DNA of 64,000 nucleotides from Asterias rubens (taxonomy: Eukaryota), in the NCBI RefSeq assembly GCF_902459465.1, contig NC_047069.1, forward strand, positions 4,588,001 through 4,652,000. The letters are read 5' to 3'. Shown piece after piece: positions 10,969 through 21,800 of this stretch (position 1 is its first letter; each line of letters begins with the position of its first letter). The notes beneath the pieces were generated by a model that saw only the letters and a list, made by a program, of their open reading frames with translations, searched no databases and was not told the DNA's origin. The position numbers and the translations under genes were made by a program.

Positions 10969-13900
10969 TTATTTACAGTATCTGTCAGCTTTCATTTTCT
11001 CCCTCCTGCAAAATGAAAAAAAAAAGGTCTTTAGTGAAACATCTAGACTAAAAACCTTGGCCAACTTTCATGGCTATGCTTACAGCACTTACAGCCCATG
11101 TGATTTACAAGTACCGTAAGCGAAAGAATTTTCCAAAAGCAGTACCGCTAAAATGGATCCTGTTGCTCTACGTCAATGTACCAGGCTGGATAGTTAATCT
11201 ACTTTTTTTTTTAAATCAGCCTCACTGAGTGATGGATTTGAAAGCTATATAAGGTTTGTACATACCTATCAAGTAATGCTTCATGTAGTTTACCGGTTGT
11301 CCTTGCCTTGGTCAGGCCGCCTCGTTCAGTCTCATTCACCCGCAGTCTGTGATCCTGAAAACTCTGGAACTTTTTCCTGCAAATCAATTGTTTTTTATAG
11401 TCATTTATAAATGAAACTCTGGATGTGAAATGTTTCTCTAAAGTACTTCAATTTTCCTGCAAATCAATTGTTTTTTATAGTCATTTATAAATGGAACTCT
11501 GGATTTGAAATGTTTCTCTAAAGTACTTCAATTTTCCTGCAAATCAATTGTTTTTTTTAGTCATTTATAAATGAAACTCTGGATGTGAAATGTTTCTCTA
11601 AAGTACTTCAATTTTCCTGCAAATCAATTGTTTTTTATAGTCATTTATAAATGGAACTCTGGATTTGAAATGTTTCTCTAAAGTACTTCAATTTTCCTGC
11701 AAATCAATTGTTTTTTATAGTCATTTATAAATGAAACTCTGGATGTGAAATGTTTCTTTAAAGTACTTCAATTTTCCTGTAAATCAATTGTTTTTTAGTC
11801 ATTTATAAATGAAACTCTGGATGTGAAATGTTTCTCTAAAATACTTCAATTCAAAGGAGCGTTTACTTCCACAAGCAATTCACAACGAGTTCAATTACAG
11901 GCAAGAAATAACCACAATTAAACCCCCATCACACCGAACTCTCTCTCTCTCTCACACAGTTCTGGGGGAAAAAGTGGTCGAAAGCCCGTTTTGACAATTT
12001 TCTTGGGACGGGTTCAGATGTTTTGGTGTGACCCAGCCTTTAAGAGGAAGCTGGTCCCGGAAAAGCAGGGCCAAAATTTGTAGCAGCTTGCCTTTTTTAT
12101 AAACATTAATCAATAATTTTGGGTTGAACGTGCAGGCGCTCTACCAACTGAGCTACCTAGGTTGGCAGTCTCCCTATTTTGTCAATATATTTGTTTCTTT
12201 GAGGGTGCCAGTCTAAAGCCAACATCACAGGGATGGATCACACCCAAGTTTTGATACAACCTGGGAGGCAAGCAGCAGGAGAGTGATCACCTTAAGGGGA
12301 TGCAACTTTTTTGTTTCAAATATCAAGAACAAACCACAACGTAAAACGTGTGGAAAAAGACTGTCACGAAGTGAATTAGTTTTGAGAAATTACTATTTTG
12401 TACAAAGTTAAGTTTGCGTTACAGAGTAACAAGATTTTGGGTTTTATGGCCAATGGGCCCGTAAAATTTGTAGACTTCATTTTTATGAATGAGAGTTACT
12501 GAGGTTGAGAGAATCCTCTGTGATTGGCTGTAATTTATATGGGGCCAGTAGTGTTTCTGTTTCGATGATGCACCCCTTTTGGCAACAATACATTGAAGTC
12601 ACGGGGTACACCTTTTCGCGGGTTTCAAAAATCTTTCATCTGGAGAAAATATTAATTGAGTGGGCACTTGAGATATCAGAGGAGAGGACGTTGTATTTGT
12701 CAGCCTCGATATTTTAGAGCCAGTTATTGAGAACTGAGCTGTTTCCAAATTAAATTCTGTGTATCATACTGAATGAGCAATTGAGTGCTCCGAGAGCGTC
12801 AAGTACAGCCTAAATAATATTGTGTCAACTGATCATTAAAAGCAGTTTCATTGGCGTACTACTCTAGGCCCGGATCGAAAGAACGACCTGTAAGTAATCA
12901 TATTTTGTTGTGTTTAATAATTTAATTTGAGGAAGTTTTTGTTTGATTAAGGTATTGAGATCAAGTAATTTGGAGTTTGTGTTTGACGAAGAAATTTCCT
13001 TTAAAACAAACTTGTGGAGCTTTTATTTTGTTAATATTGTAGACTTATGGTTGAAACTAAGTGAGTAGCGTTTTCCAAGCATTAAGATGTCGCCTTTTGA
13101 TAGCAGTTTTTGTATATAATATTGCAGAGGTTATAAGGTGTTATTATGTGTACTTTCCAGGGTCCCAATCTGGGAGAAGAAACCCCACTATTACCCGTGA
13201 AGGGAGAACCGCACATGGTGGAAGAGAGAGATAGATGTATATAAACAGGAAGGACAAAACGAAAGAGTTGTTATAGACGGGAAGGACTTGGTGTTCGGCG
13301 GGCCTGGTGTCGACACCCCACGTACCGCACCTGTGGAGCCTTCTTGGTGACAACGTCTAAGCAGATTGTGTTTTATTATTGCTCTCGTGTATAAATATAT
13401 TAATTATTGTGTTGTAAATAGGGAGATTTGTAAATAAATGTAAATAGTTTCATTCGTAAATGAATTTGTGGATATGGCGTGTGATTGACCCTCTCCTGTG
13501 TGTGTATCAAACAAAACGTAAAACGTGTGGAAAAAGACAATCGTTGGTGTTACACTTGAAGTAACTTACACATAGCTAACTTCACATGTTGAGATGTCTC
13601 CTTTATCTTCTGCTGGTGTAGTATCTTTCTTCTTCTTGATTAGAGGAGCACATGATCGGATCTGAGCAGTGGACAAAATGGATGAAGGCAGATTCCATGA
13701 AGAATGTTGATTTGGATACAGACAGACTTTTGTTTCGGCAAGCTACATACATGTACTGTAGTAATGGGATACTTTTTTAGGAAGATTGGTGGCAGCAGAC
13801 TTACCAGGTATTTCCATTGTTCTTGGAAATGTGAGCATGCTCAGAATGACGTAAACAATGGAAATTTACTTGGTAAGTCTGCTGCCAAAAAGCGTTTAAA

Positions 13901-16900
13901 AGTCTCCCATAACGATAAAGTTGGGCCTTTAATGTCCAAGCTGTTCAGTTGCCTGTATACCACTACTCTCCCTGAAATATTACGTTTGACTCATTACCTT
14001 CATCATCTCAGCTGGTCCAGCTGTGCTACTTGAAGCCACGATGTCATCCTGCTCATTACAAGACATAAAACAAGAGTTGCAGCCCATCAAAGCCAATTTA
14101 CCCTGCAAAAATATAACATTGTTAACAAATCAGAAAGTCTAAAAGGCTATTATCACACCCCTAGGGAAGAATCAAAGTGCTCAGTATTTTGTCCTACAAG
14201 GTATGTGGAGCTACTTTTTGAAGTATGAGACCTATTCCTTTAAAGCACCATGTAATGGTTTACAAAAGAGCTGTGGCGTAATATGCTGCCAGTCAAACCA
14301 GGAACACCAAGGGGAACCCCTTCTCTTTTCGATAAGTGCACTGGGTTCTGTTACGTGCATTACACAACACATGTGGTTCTGACGGCTTTACATGGCATAT
14401 TAAAAGTAATAAATTAAGAAAAGAAAAAAATTCAACAACAAATATGGAAAAGAACAAAGCTCAGAGTTTCTTACATCTTCGAAGACCGGTTCCCATTGCT
14501 CCCTTGGCCCAATGGCATCAGAGCGACCAATCACCCTCTTCTCGTAATCCACAGAAATGTATTTATCAAAGCCTGTTTTCAGAGCAATCTTTGTGTCTGA
14601 CAGTCGGATGGCAGTCAACTGCTCTGGGGGTGCTGGGCCCTCTTGAGCTGAAAAAGAAAACAAAATTGTCAACAAACATCTGAAAGTAAACAGCATGTTT
14701 GGAGAATCTTAATATTGATGATAATAATAATAAAGACATTCCTAAAGCGCAAAACATATCCACCCAAGGGGTGCTCAAGGCGCTCACAAGAATTTTTTTA
14801 TTAAAAATGGCGTATCATAAGAATTGATAATTAATATAAAGGAACAATATACACACAATACATTATATTCTTTGGTACTTGGATACAAATTAACTTGGAT
14901 ACAAATTTACTTGGGTACGAGCTAAGAGCTGACTTGGTTACCAGTTGACCTGGGTACGAGTTGACTTGGGCACAAGATGACCCAAATTCAAAATACTGTT
15001 TCAACAATAACATTTTTAAATGCACACATGACAGTAAGGCACTTACAGTTTGTGTGAGGTGCCCCAAGGGTAAACATGCCGGTATCCTGCGCAAAGATGA
15101 AAGAATTTGGTGCCATCTCGATGACAACATCACCGGTAATCTCATCAAAGTTCCTGATGGCCCACCAGCCTCCTAGAAGGCAGGAATAGAAACAATGTGA
15201 ACTGAGTTACACTCTGAGAAAAGGCATCATACTTTTGAGACGTTGACCTCAGCAGATATAAAAATCCTTTTAATCGGCTCTGAGCGCGTGCGCACACGCT
15301 TAGTATTAGGTGCTTTTTTGGTCTAAGCACCCGCGTCGCACTACTAGTGTACAGTAGTCTCTTTTTCTCTCACCATGACTTTCAGCATCTGGAAGTCTTT
15401 CATCTTTCTCTTCTTCCCTCTTCCGCTTTTTCTTGTGTTTTTTGCTGTGAAAGACACAATTAACAAAAAGGTTAAGCAGGTAGGGGTATTTAAAAAACAA
15501 AGAAATGATATATGATGGCTTTTAATTTGAATTCAGTTAATCATGAAACCATTGAATATTCATGTTCAGATGTTATGTCTTCAGTCACTGCAGTTTACTT
15601 CTAAAGAGCTAATTCTGGTGAGCGACTAGACTTTTTTACCACTGCTCTCGATCGAGTTGACCACATCAATCATGCCAGTGCAGTGCTTGGTTCGATCCTA
15701 CATCCATGGTTAGATATAGTCAATCTTTCTGGTTAGTCTAGTCGGTGTCTGTAGTCAAGTCTTGTCGCTCACCCGAACTTGCTCTTTTATAGGTAAGGTT
15801 AGCTGTGTCAGTGTCACCAGTAGAGTAAGGTGTCACGCACACTCACAGTCAGTGACAATCAATGTCAAGACCTCCATATATTATGTGCAACTGTGTGCTC
15901 TGCAGAGCGCAGTTATATTAACATTCACTGTTTAGTGTGACTGAAGTTAACTTCTGTATAGCCGAACGCACGACTGGTTTTGCGCAAATTTAAAAAGGGG
16001 CATATTCAATTATTGCACACGACGTAATGCCAATTACGGCACTATACTCAAAAGCCATGAGCACTTTAGCTCACACTATCAATTGGTACATGATGATCAC
16101 ATCGCCAGTACAGAACTAGGGCTTATCTTCTACAATAATTTCTTCCATGGATATAATTGTTAGGTGTGAACTCATTGAAAATGTACTAAGGGACACTAAG
16201 AATATATGTACGGAATTTCAACTTCTCAAATAAGGTAAAAAATAATGAAAATTGTAGTCAAATTTGTGTTCGCATTGTTTGTAAAGAAGCTTTATAAATT
16301 ATACCCAGGACGTCAGTGCAGTGGCACTGACTGACGTCCTACCAGGGCTAACTTCTGTATAGCGTTTTAAGTGTGCGCAGAGCAAGAAACAATAGCAACA
16401 TGTGCAAACATGTCCCTGGCTTTTGTTTTGTTTATGTTTGTATTTTTTATGTGTTTTGTTTGTGTTAAATTATAGTTTTTTATACTTTTTATGCCGAATA
16501 AAAAAAATTAAAAAAATAATATTATAGGCCTATTAATAAAAACCATCCCCCCATAGGGGGCCTATCTCAATCTCATGACAAAAAAAAACACATCTCATGA
16601 CAGTGCGTTATACATCTCAATCATTTGAAGGCTGCACTTTTCAAGGAAGCAGAAGAAGAAGAAGGAAGATTCACTGATAAAAGTCCTTGACCTTGTGACC
16701 TTTTGACCTTTTGACCTTGTTGTCGTTGACAAAACTGGTAGTCCAGTACTACCTAGGGCCTACTACTACTACTACTTACTAATACTACTAGTCATGCTAG
16801 TGACTAGACTACTACTACTACACTACACTAGTACACAGTGGCATGCATGGGGTACACACTATCACTACTAAAAAACAATCGAAACAAACCTTTTACGATC

Positions 16901-16957
16901 ACTAGTGGTGCCTTTAAGCTTCAGCTTTCCTCCCTTTACAAAATTATATTCAGACAT
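10969..16957 (-). CDS. FRG1: FRG1 protein, ~260 aa. Coding exons 16957-16890, 15444-15374, 15172-15047, 14647-14475, 14102-13998, 13661-13570, 11376-11266, 11005-10969
   Basis: [107 protein letters not shown]. Canonical splice sites and consistent phases. Confidence 0.97.
11372..11849. repeat. Six ~80-bp tandem units overlapping the FRG1 exon 7 acceptor
   Basis: Period 80 is visible directly (TCATTTATAA at 11401, 11481, 11561, 11641, 11721). Variants run A-B-A-B-A-A. Confidence 0.95.
12115..12337 (-). mobile_element. Composite tRNA-like repeat copy
   Basis: Reverse complement contains TAGCTCAGTTGGTAGAGCGCC. The body matches 3915-4150 and 20000-20295. Confidence 0.65.
12362..13539. mobile_element. 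Solo-LTR-like insertion (~1.18 kb) in FRG1 intron 6
   Basis: TGTC...GACA termini and no ORF. A 24-bp direct repeat sits at 12338-12361 and 13515-13538. No standard 4-6 bp TSD. Confidence 0.45.
14868..14975 (+). repeat. Degenerate ~15-bp array (ACTTGGxTACxAxTT), probable DNA-transposon subterminal repeat
   Basis: About 7 units ending in AGATGACC, the same terminal motif as the 48062-48226 array. Confidence 0.55.
15604..15787. mobile_element. MITE-like element
   Basis: Inverted ends AGAGCTAATTCTGGTGAGCGACTAGACT / AGTCTTGTCGCTCACCCGAACTTGCTCT. Confidence 0.55.
16048..16351 (+). mobile_element. Helitron-like repeat, copy 2 (empty site for the nested MITE)
   Basis: Homologous to 561-1001, with the same terminal hairpin followed by CTAA. 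Confidence 0.5.
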
Positions 16958-17236
16958 CGTTCTATTCAGATGAATTCTCAGAATCTTCAGAATCAAATTG
17001 TTGTTCCCATCTATCTATCTCTCTGACGGCAGTGTCTAACTACACTAGCGTTATTTAACGGTCCTCTTAAATAGCGTCCTCTTTAGTTTGAGAAGTGTCA
17101 ATGTACCTTGATTGACTCGTGTGGTTACGTGACGTGTGTGCAGAGAGGACTGTGCCGTTTTCGAAGCCACGGCTTGGACTTTGGGCTTTGGCCTGAGCTC
17201 CCGTCAGTTATCAAGAAAGCGTGTGCTTTTACTTAC

Positions 17237-17623
17237 CTGTCGTTCCGAACAGCTGGACGACGGAGCCCATGCCTAAAACGTGGTTTCGAAAACGGCCATG
17301 TCTCTCACACACAAACTCGCGCAAGGAGAAAAAATACGGATAAAAATACACAAGCTAGCTCCTCCTAAAATAAGGTGGCTGACAGCGCTGTTTTCTGAAC
17401 TGTGAAAATCAATATGGCAGCGCCCACCATTCACGGGAACTTAGCTGTGGAAAAGTATAGACAAAACTAGAATTAAGTCGATGTTTGCACCCCTTGATTT
17501 TTATCAATTTTACACCATATCTGAACACACTACACTGGCATCAGCGCCATTCAGCGGTAATCACAGCAAGTTGTTTTGGCGTTGTTGTCGTTCTCATGTG
17601 ATCATGCTTCGTGGAGAATTATG
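17237..17623. promoter_or_regulatory. Bidirectional promoter with putative 5' UTR exons of FRG1 (donor at 17237, -) and PDZD8 (donor at 17623, +)
   Basis: CpG-enriched. Outward-facing donors CAG|GTAAGT (-) and ATG|GTGAGA (+). YY1-like ATATGGCAGCG at about 17411. Confidence 0.6.
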
Positions 17624-18858
17624 GTGAGAATTTGTTTTATATTTCTTAAAATGAAACCTAGGATGCGATAATTGGAACTCCTCCTCTTGACGTAGACTGG
17701 ACTGGTACCTCCATCTACAATTATCGATTATTGATTTGTTGTCTTTTTTGTTTGAAATGTTTTTGTATTATGTCTAGCCTAGTGTAGTACTGGTAGGTAG
17801 TATAGGGCCGTATTGTCACACTTTTTCAGTATTATTCATTGTTGTTGTTATTGTTACTACTTTTTTGTGTCCAAATGAACCCGTTTTTCTTATTGTGAGT
17901 TTTGAAAAACATGTAACCTTGAATTGAATTGTGGAATAACTTTATAAATCGTTTAAACTAAAAAAAGGAGTTCAAATATTGATCTTGAGTCTTATTTAAA
18001 TAAACTTTAAGTTGTATTGAGATGGTTATTGATAGAGGATAACCAAAAAAACAAAGACAAAGATCATTCAAACAAACAAACAAACATACTGTAAATCCTT
18101 TTTAGCCCTCCTAAAAAACAGAACAGAGTTAATGTTACACCATGATTACACTGTGTAATGTTAGTGTTGTGTCATTTAGAATTAGATTCTGGTCTTGTTA
18201 AAATTTATAAAAAGAATGTTGGGCCAATAAAAATGTTGAGCAACGAGAACAAGCCCGTGTGGATGTTTCACCTTAAAGTTTTAGCCCTGGAACTGTGGGG
18301 AATGTTGTGTGTGTCTCTAAGATATTTACAAACAAAATGTAGGCAGTGTTCCAGAGGCAAATTGGAAGGTTAGAATTAAAGGGACCTTGGTCACTAAGAC
18401 TGGCTATGTGACTCAGGGGAACCAACAGCATGCTGCCCGATGACCTTAGACCTGGCCTGACATGCTGTCATGCCAGGTACTGAAGCATCTTCTGTAGGGA
18501 AGGGGGTGAAGTGAACGATGACAGGATTTCAGTATCAGGAATCTTAGCAATTGCTTGCCAACTTGAGTCATGCTTAATCCTCAAGAATTTCATACTTTTG
18601 GAAGCAATGTTATGTTAACTGTTGTTATTAATAATGGATCACTAGGTAGTAGTAGTACCTTGTTTTTATTTAGTTATTAACTTTTATAAGTCATTATCTG
18701 AATAAATGAACATCGGTATTTCCTTTTTTGTCATTTCAGATACCAGTCTTTTGCCTTGCAGCATGTTGCAACAACCAACTCTCAGCCAATCACAAGCCAT
18801 GTACCATAACTCCCACCAACACTAAGTGGTGTGTGTCGTGTTCAGCCAATCGGGCACC

Positions 18859-21800
18859 ATGTTCTTTGTGGTGTTTGTGTCGGTGCTCTTCGGTGCTTTC
18901 TGCATGCTACTGATGCAGATGTTTTTGATGTTCCTGTACTACAAGAACCAAGAGGTCCACCCTATTCAACATCGCACACAGTATGAGAAGGCCAAGATTC
19001 CAGAGGTAATTAAATAATAATAAGCGTTTTATTTCACACCCGAAGGGCTTCTCAAAGCGCTCCAATATCATTACCCTTGGTCACTGGGGCGTTTAATTCA
19101 TTCCTTAAAACATCTCAGCCAGCCCCCCCCCCCCCAAGGCAAGTATACAGCCTGTGCAACAAGTATACGCTACTATTTTGTAGCTAAATCAATTACAAAA
19201 ACCATCTCTGCCCTCATAGATAACCATTTACCCCTGGGTGGAGAGAAGCAATTATCGTTAATTGTCTTGTCAGGGACACAGGTGTCACGACCGGAACTTG
19301 AACCCACACTCTGCTGAACAGAAACACCAGAGCTTGAGTTCAGTGCTCGTATCCACTAGGCCACAACACCCCTTAAATAAGGAAGTAGACATTGTGGAAC
19401 TGAATTATCACTTTGTTCTTCTTTTATGAAATTGAAGGATACTTTTTATTACATGTAAGGGTACACCTCTCTGCGTACTGAGGGAAAGTATCTTTTGTTG
19501 GCAGAACATTTCAAAGGGCACCAAGGCTTTGGCTTCAGCTTAGGCTGCGGTGATTTTCGAAAATGGTGGCTCTTGGTACATGCCTTCTTGAAGACTGACA
19601 AAGCCCAAGCCAGAACCAGAGCACAAGGCAACTTCACCTCACGGATGACTTTTTATCCGCATATTTCTGGACTGACTTAACCGATCAAATGGTTTTATAA
19701 TGAACCTAACATCTTCGGATTCCCCTCACCTTTTTTCCTGGCAGCCAGACGCCTGACAGAAATATCCACCTGGACTTTCCATTGTGTAGCTGGCACGCAC
19801 CTACCGTACTACGTTTTTTTCACCCGTATAAAGAAAGACACCATGCCTTGTAAAATTAATTTTGTGGGATTTATGTTTTTTTCTGGTTGCATATTTAAAA
19901 CAAATGTATTATCTTTGGAACAATGAACAGCAAACAAAGTCGGGCAAATCTCATTTCTCTCTAAAAATATCAAGTGGGCCTAATAAACCAGAAGAGAAAT
20001 TTAACCAATCAGTTTCCCTTGTGGTTTATTACTTAATATTTGAAACATAAAGTCCCATCCCCTTAAGGTTGATCCCTCTCACTGCCACTTACCAAGTTGT
20101 ATCGTAATCCTAGGTGTGATCCCTGGCAGTTTCAAGTTGAACTAAATAGCAACCCTGAACAAAGATAGTGACAAAATAAGAGGACTGCCAATATAGGGCT
20201 AGATAAGCTCAATTGGTAGAGCGCCGGCATGTATTCCGGAGGTGGCAGGTTTAAATCCAACGTCCTCAATTTATCTTTTTTCAACCCAAAATTAATTAAA
20301 AATTTACTTTGAAATCATACAAGTATCTTTCCATTCAGTTTTTCCTTCTTATTTGCCCCTTGTTTTCCCAGAACATTGACATCTCCTCCTTATTACACAA
20401 GACGGAATCCTGCAATGCCCTGAATGTCTTGATATCGTTCCTCTTCCGTGAACTGAAGGATGCCTCGTTTGTCCGTCGCTGGGTTGTCAGGAAGATGAAC
20501 GTTGAGTTCGAGGAACTTCTGACCACCAAGGCAGCCGGGAAGATTCTGGAGCAGATAACTGTAAGTATTAAGAAAGTGTCTGTTTTTGAGTGTGTTTCTA
20601 TGAGAACAAGTTTAATATAACTGTTAATGCCGCAAAGTATTCTCTTGATATACATTTATAGAGCTTGTTGCGAATACCCATTGCGCAAGCGCTAATTGTT
20701 GAATGAGTTACATGCCGGTCTAGCTAGCGATCAAACTTGATCACTGGGTAGACCAGCGTGCGGCCCATTCCACGCCTAGCGAGTGCGAACCGAGTATTTG
20801 CGATAAGGTCTATTGTTGTGTTCATGTAATAGCTCCCTCATGGGAAAGTGGACGCCATATTGAAAGTTGTTGAAATGTTGTAGGCTGGTACAAAGGCTGG
20901 TGAATGAAGAAGTGTTGTATAATTCAAGAACTGGACATTAAATATGCGATTTAACAACAAGGATCTTATCTCGTCTCTCCCATCTTTATCAAAGTTTATT
21001 GTTTAGATAAACCTAATAGACCCCATATTTAAGGACAAACTGCATTTTGGTTTGCAGGCGCGTCAAGCGTTTGAATTATTTACGCAGCCGCATTGTTCAC
21101 TAACCAATCGTACATGAGTTTTGTGAAATACATTTGTGCTGAACGTCGCTCCTAAGCGAATACGCATAACTGTGTGTTCAAAATTGTCTGTAAATATGGC
21201 AAGCCTATCTATACAGTGTATTAAAATAGACCTAATTGCTTTTGAAGATGTTAAGATTGCATCGGGGATAAAGAATATTCATTTTGGTTTTTGGCCCTGT
21301 ACACCGATGTGTGAAGCACTGTTTACTCAGTACTTACCCAAGTTCTGTGACAAAAAAATTGCTTTTGATTCAGTCTGCTACTTTACATGTAGGTCTTGCA
21401 TTAGTCGGGGCTTGTTACACTAGACTGCAGGCCCGAGGTCTGTGAGTTTAGCGTCGGGGCCAGGACACGTCTGACAGTCTTGTGTTTTTGTTCAATTGTT
21501 GAGTGTTAAAGAATACTTAGCCATAAGGACAAATGAGATAAAACTTCTCTTAGTACTTGCCTTGTTCTTAAAATGTAGACTTGTTCTGGGAACGAAGCTA
21601 AGAACTACTTTTGAAGCATAGTAGCATTGAAAATCAATATTATACCTATTGTATTGATTTCCATATTATATGAGGGTAATGTTCAATGGACCAACATTTT
21701 TCCAGGACCAGAATTTAAATGAGATAAACAAATATCTACATTCAGAACAATATTAATAATGATACAGAACACTTCAGAGTGTTGGTTGGCAAGTTTCCAT

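Noticed and set aside
20195-20262. tRNA-like sequences in SINE heads (also 12135, 19290, 34172, 36250)
   Set aside because: They do not fold into full cloverleaves and are embedded in multi-copy repeat bodies.
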